64,000 nt of DNA, taken from positions 2,813,096-2,877,095 of the forward strand of contig CBDHDB010000002.1 in assembly GCA_965261385.1 (NCBI GenBank). The letters are read 5' to 3'. The notes beneath the pieces are model-generated. The model ran no database searches. It was not told where the DNA came from and saw only the letters and a list, made by a program, of their open reading frames with translations. Each line of letters begins with the position of its first letter. The stretch's first letter is position 1. The DNA is from Dehalococcoidia bacterium. GTDB taxonomy: Bacteria; Chloroflexota; Dehalococcoidia; Lucifugimonadales; Australimonadaceae. The translations under genes were made by a program, and so were the position numbers. Positions 47,639 to 55,965 of the stretch are shown here, piece by piece.

Positions 47639-48160
47639 CTACCGGGGGTGGCCTTTGTAGATGGCGACGGGGAGGCGGGACCAGCGGAGGTGCTCGATGA
47701 GCAGGGTCTCGCCGAGCTCGAACTGTAGGTAGGTCTCGAGGTCGATGGGGAAACGCACCCGCCCCAGCGTGGTTACGTATGGTTTCGGCGGGAGAGGGTT
47801 GAACGAGCTGCGGCGGACGATGGGGCCAAGTCTGCCCGGCACGAACCCATGCCGCCTGTACAGCTCGAACCCTCCCAGCAGCGAGCGAGTGAAGAACAGC
47901 ACCGCGACCATCAGGAAAATGCTGGACACCTGAAAGCCTTGCACCGCAACGCCGAACACCTGGGTGACGGCGAGAAGCGCGACGCTGACGAGGGCGATCA
48001 CCAGGTTGCGCGTCGCGGGGCGCAGCAGGTCGCGGCGCTCGGACGCCCACGCCAGCCGGAACTGCACGCCGCAGTGGACGCATGTGGCGTCGCGGGTGAG
48101 GTAAAGGTGTCTGCACTCGCCGGACTCGTCGGTCTGTTTCGGCGGTATGGGTCTGTTCAT
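47639..48160 (-). CDS. hypothetical membrane protein with an N-terminal zinc-ribbon-like motif
   Basis: The ATG at 48160 overlaps the upstream stop (ATGA). Has C..H...CVHC and two hydrophobic helices. Confidence 0.5.
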   Translation of the reverse strand: MNRPIPPKQTDESGECRHLYLTRDATCVHCGVQFRLAWASERRDLLRPATRNLVIALVSVALLAVTQVFGVAVQGFQVSSIFLMVAVLFFTRSLLGGFELYRRHGFVPGRLGPIVRRSSFNPLPPKPYVTTLGRVRFPIDLETYLQFELGETLLIEHLRWSRLPVAIYKGHPR

Positions 48161-48864
48161 GCGGGCATATCTCCGGCCTCGTACCGTTCGGCCCATCCTA
48201 TGAGCCAGTCGAACAGCTTGAGGAAGCTCTTTGGGACTTCGCGCTCGCGCTCGGGGTGGCATTGAACGCCGATTAGCCAGGGGTGCTCCGGGCTCTCGAC
48301 CGCCTCGATTATCCCGTCGTCGGGGCTGTAGGCGCAGGCCATGAGGCCCGGGGCGCGCTGCGCTTCCTTGAAGCCCTGGTGATGGCGGCTATTGGCGCGA
48401 TAGATGGCGCCCGCCCCAATGATGGCGCCGAACCGGCTCCCCGGCGAGACGTAGACGGGATGCATCGCCGACGTTTCGCTCGGAGGGGGATAGCCGATGG
48501 TGTGGGCGGGCAGGTCTTGAATCAGCTTTCCGCCCATGGCGACGTTGATGAGCTGCATGCCGCGGCATATGCCGAACGTGGGCATATCGCGCTCGACGGC
48601 GCAAAGGAGCAGGGCCGTCTCCATCGCGTCGCGCTCGGGGTAGGTCTGCCCGGCGCCGCCGGGCTGCGGCTGCTCGCCGTACAGGCTGGGTTGGATGTCG
48701 TAGCCGCCGGAGAGGAGGAGGCCGGAGACGCCGTCGAGGGCGTCGTCGAGGGTGGTGTAGGTCTTGGGAGTGAGGACGCGGACGTCGCCGCCCCTGGAGG
48801 TGATCGAGGCGGCATAGGGCTCCGCCTCGCGGGGGCCGGTGGCTGTCACTGCGATGAGGGGCAC
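48157..48864 (-). CDS. class I glutamine amidotransferase, gamma-glutamyl-GABA hydrolase (peptidase C26) family
   Basis: GICRGMQ nucleophile and a ...HH... / HPE region. Confidence 0.85.
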   Translation of the reverse strand: MPLIAVTATGPREAEPYAASITSRGGDVRVLTPKTYTTLDDALDGVSGLLLSGGYDIQPSLYGEQPQPGGAGQTYPERDAMETALLLCAVERDMPTFGICRGMQLINVAMGGKLIQDLPAHTIGYPPPSETSAMHPVYVSPGSRFGAIIGAGAIYRANSRHHQGFKEAQRAPGLMACAYSPDDGIIEAVESPEHPWLIGVQCHPEREREVPKSFLKLFDWLIGWAERYEAGDMPA

Positions 48865-48874
48865 GGCCCTGCGC

Positions 48875-49876
48875 CTATGCCACGCCGACGGCCAAGCTCA
48901 TGGCCGCCATGTCGACGTTAGCGTCGAGCAGCTCGGCGGCGCGCTGGGCCTTGTCCGGGTGGTGGACCGTGACCGCCGCGCTCAGCGATTCCAGCGCGGC
49001 GGCGGCCTCGTGGGTGTTCTGCGGTACCGCGATGAGAGGCGCGTCGAGGTCGTCGGCGCGCTGGTAGACGTACTGAGAGGGGGTGTCGCAGCCGGTGAGG
49101 ATGAGGGCGCTGAGAGGGAAGTTGAGGGCGGACATCTGGATATCGATGCGCCCGCCGCGGACGATGACGGCCTGGTTGGGGAGGCGGCCGAAGTAGTTGC
49201 CGCCCCACTCGGTAATCAGGCCGCCGATGAGGAAGTGCTCGATGAGCGCGCCGGCCGCGTCGGGAGCGGTGAAGTAGACGCCGCCCAGGCAATCGACGAC
49301 CTGCTGCACGGTTGGCGCCAGCAGCAACCGGTCTTCGGGCAGCGCGCCGAACGCGGGAACGCCATCCCCGGCGAGCTCAGAGAGGAGGCGTGCTGCGACG
49401 TCGTGCTCGGCATAGAGGGTGCGCTTGTTCACGAGAAGGCCAGCGAGCCGCGAGCCAAATGCGCTTCGCCAAGCGTCGGCAGTCTCGCCTCCAAGGGAGC
49501 GAGCGTAGGGGATGACGCCGACGACGCGGGCGTCGAGTCCCTCGGCAAGGGTCGGGGACGAGCCGTTGTCCAGCGGAAGACCCTCGACTACGACAATGTC
49601 CGAGGAGCCGTCCAAGGCTTGGACGATTCGCACGGCCTCGCCGATTAGCTCGGGTGCGGGGTCGCCGTCGGCGGTCGCGGCATCCCCGTCAATCGTCGCC
49701 GTATCCGAAGATCCACCGAGCTCCGCGAAGAAGGCGGGGTCGAAGTCGCCGGTCGTCGAGAGAGGCTTGACGAGGGAGACTCGCTTGCCCGCGGAACGCC
49801 AGGACGCAGCCAACCCCGCCGCCACCGCCGTGACGCCTGAGCCGGAAGTCTGACCTGCAAGATAAACGATGCCCAT
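48875..49876 (-). CDS. DRTGG domain protein (phosphotransacetylase N-terminal-like)
   Basis: CobQ/MinD-like N-terminus and an LILTGC..P...PLIAV DRTGG-like C-terminus. Confidence 0.65.
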   Translation of the reverse strand: MGIVYLAGQTSGSGVTAVAAGLAASWRSAGKRVSLVKPLSTTGDFDPAFFAELGGSSDTATIDGDAATADGDPAPELIGEAVRIVQALDGSSDIVVVEGLPLDNGSSPTLAEGLDARVVGVIPYARSLGGETADAWRSAFGSRLAGLLVNKRTLYAEHDVAARLLSELAGDGVPAFGALPEDRLLLAPTVQQVVDCLGGVYFTAPDAAGALIEHFLIGGLITEWGGNYFGRLPNQAVIVRGGRIDIQMSALNFPLSALILTGCDTPSQYVYQRADDLDAPLIAVPQNTHEAAAALESLSAAVTVHHPDKAQRAAELLDANVDMAAMSLAVGVA

Positions 49877-49924
49877 CTAGTCCCGTGCTCCCGTCGTTGG
49901 CAGGGTTGCGAAATTATAGCAGTC

Positions 49925-50395
49925 CCCTGCCCCTCCCCTCCGTCATTGCCTCGAAAATAGACGCCCACGCCCCCTCCGTCATTCCCGCGCAGGCGGGAAC
50001 CTCGTAGCGGGGCGACAGCACCGCGATCCCTCCCCGCGCCCCAACCGTCTTCCCACGCCCCAACCGTCATTCCCGCGAAAGCGGGAATCCAGGTATCGGC
50101 GTCCGCTCGCCTATTTTCCTTGGTTGTGGTGTTGGACGAGGCCAACATAGGGGATTGCCTCGAAAATAGACGCCCACGCTCCCCTCCCGTCATTCCCGCG
50201 CAGGCGGGAACCTCGCAGCGGCGCGACAGCGGCGCGGTCCATCCCCCTCTTCCCGTCTGCTCCGGTTCTCCCCACCGTCTGCGGGGGAGAGCTAGAGAGG
50301 GGGCCGCCCCACTCGCCACTTTCGTCCGTTGTGGTGTGGAGCGTTGGCCCGTCTGCGGGGGAGAGCTAGAGAGGGGGCCGCCCCGCCAACCAGGT
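49925..50395 (-). repeat. Second cluster of composite hairpin repeats, inverted orientation
   Basis: Cores at 49976-50003, 50064-50090 and 50187-50214 (ccgtcattcccgcgcaggcgggaacctc), plus cccgtctgcggggg hairpins at about 50255 and 50350. Confidence 0.9.
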
Positions 50396-50399
50396 TCCC

Positions 50400-50765
50400 G
50401 GGGAGTTCAACTACCAAATTCTGAACAGTTGCCTGCGACGCCTGCCCATTGCCCAACCCCATTGATATTTCTACAATGAAGTGTCGGATTATCGTCATGT
50501 CTAGGACCACGAATCCCCCAACCACTTACGCCGGACTGTTCCCTGCCGCCCCCGTCTGCGGGAGAGACTACGAGGGGGCTGGAGCGCACGAAATACAAAT
50601 TTTCGGTCAGATAGTAGTTCCGCGACCCAGGAAGCAGGCCACGGCCATGAAAACAACCTCTGTCAACCCCCAAATGTCATCGATTTTCGGATACTTTTTT
50701 ACTCGTAATCTCCCCGAAAAATCGAGTACTTCCCACTCGTAACCTCCCCGATAGATTCGGGGACT
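50400..50765 (-). other. AT-richer conserved non-coding element (copy B), inverted paralog of 38446-38740
   Basis: See copy A. Contains two direct tcggggagRttacgagt units 34 nt apart, read on the minus strand. Confidence 0.35.
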
Positions 50766-50854
50766 TTCCTCATCCCGCCTGCGCGGGACTGAGGTGCGGC
50801 GCAGGCAGCCTATATAATCGTTGTTCGGTAAGAGACGGCGCGGCAGGCGAGGTT

Positions 50855-51814
50855 ATGTCAGACTCAGTGAGCATCCAGGTCCCGGCGACGACGGCCAACC
50901 TTGGCCCAGGCTTCGATTGCCTGGGCATGGCGCTGTCAATGTGGAACACGATGCGTGTCGGCTGGTCGGAACGCCCGTATCTGGAGATTCACGGCTCGGG
51001 CGAGGGGCGTCTGTCGCTCGATGAGCGAAACCTGATGTACCGCTCGGCCCAGCGAGTCCTCGACGAGACAGGCAACAGCCGCCGGAGCCTGTCGATCGAG
51101 AGCTGGCAGGAGATACCGCTCAGCCGCGGACTCGGGAGCAGCTCGGCGGCAATCGTCGGCGGGCTGTACGGGGCGAACGCGCTCCTCGATCACCCGATCG
51201 ACCCGCATGGGCTGCTGCAACTCGCGGCCCAGATCGAGGGGCATCCCGACAATGTCGCGCCGGCGCTGATGGGCGGGTTGAGCATCGCCATCGCGGACGG
51301 GGACACCGTCCACGCCGCGCCCGTTCCGCTGCCCGCCAACCTTCAATGCGTGGCGTACATACCCGACACGCCGATGGCGACGAAGCAGGCGCGGAGCGTG
51401 CTCGAACCGCAACCGGCGCGGACCGACGCGGTGTTCAACGTGGGGCGCGCCGCGCTGCTCGTGGCGAGCCTCGCGCTGGATAGGCCGGAGTACCTGCGTC
51501 TCGCGACGCAGGACCGGCTGCACCAGCCCCAACGGCAGAAGGTATATCGTCAGATGAAGGTCATCTTCGACCACGCGTTGGCGGCGGGCGCGCGCGGCGT
51601 GTTTCTATCCGGCGCGGGCTCGTCAATCGTCGCGTTCACGACGCGGGAGGAGAACCGCGCGTTCACCATCGGTTACGAGATGGCGGACGCCGGGGACAAG
51701 TCAGGGCTGACGGGCACGTTCCGCGTGCTCGAACCCGCAACGACGGGCGCCGGCCCCGTTGACCAAGTCCCGGACTCTGCCGTTCCTCCTCCCCCGTCTG
51801 CGGGGGAGGACTGA
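50855..51814 (+). CDS. thrB: homoserine kinase
   Basis: GHMP kinase motifs PATTANLGPGFD and RGLGSSSAA. The last roughly 8 codons and the stop lie inside a hairpin repeat. Confidence 0.9.
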   Translation: MSDSVSIQVPATTANLGPGFDCLGMALSMWNTMRVGWSERPYLEIHGSGEGRLSLDERNLMYRSAQRVLDETGNSRRSLSIESWQEIPLSRGLGSSSAAIVGGLYGANALLDHPIDPHGLLQLAAQIEGHPDNVAPALMGGLSIAIADGDTVHAAPVPLPANLQCVAYIPDTPMATKQARSVLEPQPARTDAVFNVGRAALLVASLALDRPEYLRLATQDRLHQPQRQKVYRQMKVIFDHALAAGARGVFLSGAGSSIVAFTTREENRAFTIGYEMADAGDKSGLTGTFRVLEPATTGAGPVDQVPDSAVPPPPSAGED

Positions 51815-51830
51815 GGAGGGGGGCCGCTTG

Positions 51831-53075
51831 ATGGGAACGCTCGTCCAGAAGTACGGCGGCACGTCGGTAGGCGACGCCGAGAAAATCAGGCGCGTCGCAC
51901 AGCGCATCGCCGCAACCCGCGCGGCGGGGAACCAGGTGGCGGTGGTCGTGTCCGCGATGGGAGACACGACAGACCGGCTGATCGAGCTGGCGGAGTCCAT
52001 CTCCTCCACGCCGGAGCCCCGCGAGCTTGACATCCTGCTGTCGACGGGGGAGCTCGTGTCCTGCACGCTGCTGGCGATGGCGCTGCGCGAGCTGGGAGAG
52101 CAGGCAATCAGCATGAGCGGCGCCCAGGCCGGAGTGCGCACGGACACCGCCCACGGACGGGCGACCATCGTGAGCTTCGACGCCGAGCGCGTCCGGAGCG
52201 AGCTGGACGCCGGGCGGATCGTCATCGTGGCCGGCTTCCAGGGAATCAACGAGGAAATGGATGTGACGACGCTGGGCCGCGGCGGCTCGGACACTACGGC
52301 CGTGGCGCTCGCCGCCGCGCTGGGGGCCGCTCGCTGCGAAGTCTACACGGATGTCGACGGCATCTACACAGCCGATCCCCGCATCGTGCCGAAGGCGCGC
52401 AAGCTGAGCGAGATCGGCTACGAGGAGATGCTGGAGCTGGCGAGCTACGGGGCGAAGATGCACCCGCGGTCGATCGAGCTGGGCGCGTGGTACAAGACCC
52501 CCATCCTGGTGGCGTCGAGCCGCGAGGACTTGCCCGGCACGCTGATCCACGACCTCGAGGCGGAAGGACCGGGACAAACGGAAGGACAGGGAATGGAAGT
52601 CTCGAACAAAGTCAGAGGCGTGACCTACGACCGGGACGTGGCGCGCATCACGGTGCGGGCCGTGCCCGATCGGCCCGGAATCGCGGCGGCGGTGTTCAAG
52701 CCGCTCTCCGATGCCAACGTGAGCGTCGACACCATCGTGCAGAACGCGAGCGCCGAGCGGCTAACCGACCTCTCATTCACGGTCGACCGAACGGACCTCC
52801 GCCTTGCGCTGGAGCTGACGAGCAAGATCGCGGACGAAATCGGCGCGGCGGACTGCGTGTCGCACGACCACCTGGGGCAGGTGAGCATCGTCGGGACGGG
52901 GATGCAGAACGCGCCGGGAGTCGCGTCCTTGATGTTCTCGACGCTGGCGCAGGCGGGAGTGAACATCGAGATGATCACGACGTCGCAGATCCGCATCACC
53001 TGCATCGTGGACGAAGAGCAGGTCAACGAGGCGGTGCAGGCGCTCCACGACGCGTTCGAGCTCGATCAGGAGTAG
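51831..53075 (+). CDS. lysC: aspartate kinase
   Basis: VQKYGGTSVG, with two C-terminal ACT domains. The ATG at 51831 is preceded by GAGGAGGGGGG. Confidence 0.95.
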   Translation: MGTLVQKYGGTSVGDAEKIRRVAQRIAATRAAGNQVAVVVSAMGDTTDRLIELAESISSTPEPRELDILLSTGELVSCTLLAMALRELGEQAISMSGAQAGVRTDTAHGRATIVSFDAERVRSELDAGRIVIVAGFQGINEEMDVTTLGRGGSDTTAVALAAALGAARCEVYTDVDGIYTADPRIVPKARKLSEIGYEEMLELASYGAKMHPRSIELGAWYKTPILVASSREDLPGTLIHDLEAEGPGQTEGQGMEVSNKVRGVTYDRDVARITVRAVPDRPGIAAAVFKPLSDANVSVDTIVQNASAERLTDLSFTVDRTDLRLALELTSKIADEIGAADCVSHDHLGQVSIVGTGMQNAPGVASLMFSTLAQAGVNIEMITTSQIRITCIVDEEQVNEAVQALHDAFELDQE

Positions 53076-53169
53076 TCCCGGCTCCGCCAGGGGCGTTCCC
53101 TTCGGTCGTCCTCCATCGACGTGAGAGGACGCATTCACCCTGGCGCAGGCCGTGGCAGCGAGGAGAACC

Positions 53170-53886
53170 ATGAGCATTCAGTTGCCCAAGGCCATCTTCT
53201 TCGACATGGACAACACCATCCTGGCCTACGACAGCATCTCTCCCAAGAGCTGGGGACAGGCCTTCACCAGGTTCGCGCAACGGTTCGACGGCCTGGACGT
53301 TCAACAGTTCAGGGAGACCGTGAGCGCAATGCGCTCGTGGTTCTGGAGCGACCCGGCACGCGACCAGCGGGCGCGCTCGGACCTGGCGGCGGCCCGGCGT
53401 GAGATGGTTGCGCTGGCCTTTTCTCACCTGGGCGTGGATGCCGGGGAGACAGCCAACGAGATTGCCGACGCTTACGGCGACATTCAGGAAGCGTCGGTAG
53501 AGCCGTATCCCAGCGCCATCGAAACCCTGCAACGTCTTCGAGAGATGGGAAAGGGGATGGCGCTCATCACCAACGGCGCCTCCAGATTCCAGCGGCCCAA
53601 GATCCACCGCTTCGGGCTAGAGCGCTTCTTCGACTGCATCATCATCGAAGACGAGTTTGGCGTGGGCAAGCCGGACCTCCGGGTATACCGGCACGCCATG
53701 GAGCAGCTGGCGGTGCAGCCGTCGGAGGCCATGATGGTAGGCGACAACTTGCATGCCGACATCGCCGCCGCTCAGTCTCTGGGCATACACGCAGTGTGGG
53801 TTGACTGGAAGGGCAGCGGCCTGCCGGAGAGCAGTCCAACAACGCCGGATAGCGCGGTGCGGACGATTTCGGAGCTGTTGGCGTAG
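53170..53886 (+). CDS. HAD family hydrolase
   Basis: Motif I FFDMDNTIL. Later motifs LITNG and VGDN..AD. Confidence 0.8.
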   Translation: MSIQLPKAIFFDMDNTILAYDSISPKSWGQAFTRFAQRFDGLDVQQFRETVSAMRSWFWSDPARDQRARSDLAAARREMVALAFSHLGVDAGETANEIADAYGDIQEASVEPYPSAIETLQRLREMGKGMALITNGASRFQRPKIHRFGLERFFDCIIIEDEFGVGKPDLRVYRHAMEQLAVQPSEAMMVGDNLHADIAAAQSLGIHAVWVDWKGSGLPESSPTTPDSAVRTISELLA

Positions 53887-54080
53887 GGGATTAGCGTAGG
53901 GGATTGGCCCTCCAGGGAGCGGCGCAGGGAGCCGCCTGCTGTAGGGCAAGCGCTTTCGAGTGCATTCGAGCGCGCGTCCCGCGCTGGGCAGTTGCTGGGC
54001 GTTCTCCCGATGCCTCTCCCGCGCTTCTCCAGATCGAGCGCCTCCGCCCCGCCGCGGCCTGCTTTAAGGGCGACGACGGG

Positions 54081-54593
54081 ATGCGCGAAATCTCGCCGCA
54101 AACCCGCGGGAACCTGCTTGACGGTGTGACCCGGCTACGCCAATCTAGCGTCCCAACCGAAGCGCCACCCAGGAGAACAACCTTGGCGACGGTCGAAGAG
54201 ATACTGACCAAGAGCAGGGTGATTGCGGTGGTGGGGCTTTCGGACAGGCCGGACCGGCCATCTCACGGGGTGGCGCGGTATCTGCAAGCGCAGGGGTACC
54301 GGGTGATCCCGGTGAACCCCGCGCTGACCGGGCCGGTGCTCGGCGAAGCGCCGTACCGCAGACTGGAGGACGTAGAAGAGCACGTCGACCTCGTCGACAT
54401 ATTCAGGAGACCGGTAGATGTGCCGCCCGTCGTAGAAGCGGCCATCGAAATCGGCGCCTCCGTAGTGTGGATGCAGCTGGGGATTATCCACGAGGAGGCC
54501 GCCGCAAAGGCAAGGGCAGCAGGGCTCGACGTCGTGATGGACAAGTGCACGGCAATCGAGCACCGGACCTTGCTCGGAGACCGAACAATCTAA
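54081..54593 (+). CDS. CoA-binding domain protein
   Basis: RVIAVVGLSDRPDRPSH...GYRVIPVNP. The start is uncertain; a TTG at 54183 is also possible. Confidence 0.75.
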   Translation: MREISPQTRGNLLDGVTRLRQSSVPTEAPPRRTTLATVEEILTKSRVIAVVGLSDRPDRPSHGVARYLQAQGYRVIPVNPALTGPVLGEAPYRRLEDVEEHVDLVDIFRRPVDVPPVVEAAIEIGASVVWMQLGIIHEEAAAKARAAGLDVVMDKCTAIEHRTLLGDRTI

Positions 54594-54646
54594 AACAGAC
54601 CGCCGTCACGAAAGGGGGTAAGTGCGCTGTCGAGCGGAGTGTGGAG

Positions 54647-55498
54647 ATGGTTTACCGTGAAGCGGACCACGTCAGGTTGCTGAAGGAGCGGACGCGCACG
54701 TCGATCAGCCTCGCCATGGAAGGCAGGTGGGAAGAGGCGGCGCAGCTCAACCGGGAGATTCTCGAAGCGTGCCCCGATAACGTCCAAGCCTTGAACCGGC
54801 TCGGCAAGGCGCTGATCGAGCTCGGCCACATGGAGGATGCGCTCCAAACGTTCGCGCTGGCGCTGGAGATGGAGCCGGACAACCCCATCGCGGCCAAGCA
54901 CGTTGCCCGGCTCAACTGGGCCGCTGAGAAGGGGCCCTCCGCCAACGCCCACTCGAATGGACTTCCGGGCCTCAGCGTCAAGATGTTCACCGGCGACAGC
55001 GGGAAGAGCGCGGAGGTCGTCCTGCTGGCCTCCGATCACGCGGGCCATCCGTCGCCCGGCACGCCGGTGTCGCTGGAGCGCAACGGCTCGACCCTTGCCG
55101 TGTTCGACGCCGCGGGCGTCTGCCTCGGACTGACCCCGCCCAAACTGGCGCACCGGCTCATCGCCCTCATGGAGGGCGGCAACCGATACGACGGTGCAGT
55201 GTCCGGCCTGACGAACGGCGCGGTGCGTGTGGTGCTTCGCGAGGCGCACCAAGACCCGAGCCAGCGGTCGAAGGTCTCCTTCCCGCCGACCTCGGCTCCT
55301 GAGCCGGAGCCTGCCGAAGAGGCGCCCGCGCCGGAGTGGGCGGAGAATGAACTACCTGTCGCCGAGGCTCCTCCGGTCTTCAGCGAGGAGGAGTCGCAGG
55401 CGCTGGAGCTGGCGGGTGTCGGGGCGGCGCTCGATGGCGGACTGTTCGACGACATGCTGCTGCCCGAGCTGATCGAGGAGGACGAGCCGCCGCTATAG
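54647..55498 (+). CDS. TPR repeat protein with an acidic C-terminus
   Basis: TPR-like helices (ALNRLGKALIELGHMEDALQTFALALEMEPDN). Confidence 0.6.
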   Translation: MVYREADHVRLLKERTRTSISLAMEGRWEEAAQLNREILEACPDNVQALNRLGKALIELGHMEDALQTFALALEMEPDNPIAAKHVARLNWAAEKGPSANAHSNGLPGLSVKMFTGDSGKSAEVVLLASDHAGHPSPGTPVSLERNGSTLAVFDAAGVCLGLTPPKLAHRLIALMEGGNRYDGAVSGLTNGAVRVVLREAHQDPSQRSKVSFPPTSAPEPEPAEEAPAPEWAENELPVAEAPPVFSEEESQALELAGVGAALDGGLFDDMLLPELIEEDEPPL

Positions 55499-55558
55499 GC
55501 CCACTACAACCCCCCGGTGCGGGCGCTATACTCCTCACCACCCTAGGAGCAGCCCCGC

Positions 55559-55903
55559 ATGACCTCTTCTCCCGACCCGGGCCGGTCCCTCGCCGCCCAC
55601 GTGCAGCGTCTCACCGAGATGATGCAAGCCATGGACGCTGAGCACAAAGCCTACGAGGAATGGCTCCTACGCGTAGACGCCGACCTCAATACGCGCATAG
55701 CGGCTACCGAGGACGAGCTAGCCCAAACGAACCGGCGGATAGAGACCATACGCGCCGAGTCGGCCGACCAGCGCCGAGCGCACCAAGCGTGGGTGCAGAC
55801 CGTCGAAGCCCAGATCGCCAGCCACCGCGAGACCATGAGTGGCCTCCTCGACGGCCTCGTCCAAGCCCAAGCCGACATCTCCCGCCTCGACGCCGCCTCC
55901 TAA
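55559..55903 (+). CDS. hypothetical coiled-coil protein
   Basis: 114-aa ORF with heptad-like composition. No family was recognised. Confidence 0.4.
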   Translation: MTSSPDPGRSLAAHVQRLTEMMQAMDAEHKAYEEWLLRVDADLNTRIAATEDELAQTNRRIETIRAESADQRRAHQAWVQTVEAQIASHRETMSGLLDGLVQAQADISRLDAAS

Positions 55904-55904
55904 C

Positions 55905-55950
55905 CCCACCCCCGTCACTCCCGCGCAGGCGGGAACCTCGCCCCCTCTCT
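55905..55950 (-). repeat. Hairpin repeat (core 55912-55939)
   Basis: ccgtcactcccgcgcaggcgggaacctc. Confidence 0.8.
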
Positions 55951-55965
55951 GCCATCCCATGCAGC

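Noticed and set aside
38446-50765. Integron-like attC sites or a cassette array, given the TA genes, small ORFs and ttacgagt palindromes
   Set aside because: The palindromes do not fit the attC R/L box layout. There is no regular cassette structure and no intI gene. The genes between the elements are large housekeeping genes.
50740-50775. RNase P RNA, because the minus strand reads gaggaaagtccccg, similar to the CR-I GAGGAAAGUCC
   Set aside because: None of the other universally conserved RNase P regions could be found nearby. The surrounding sequence is AT-rich and repeat-like.
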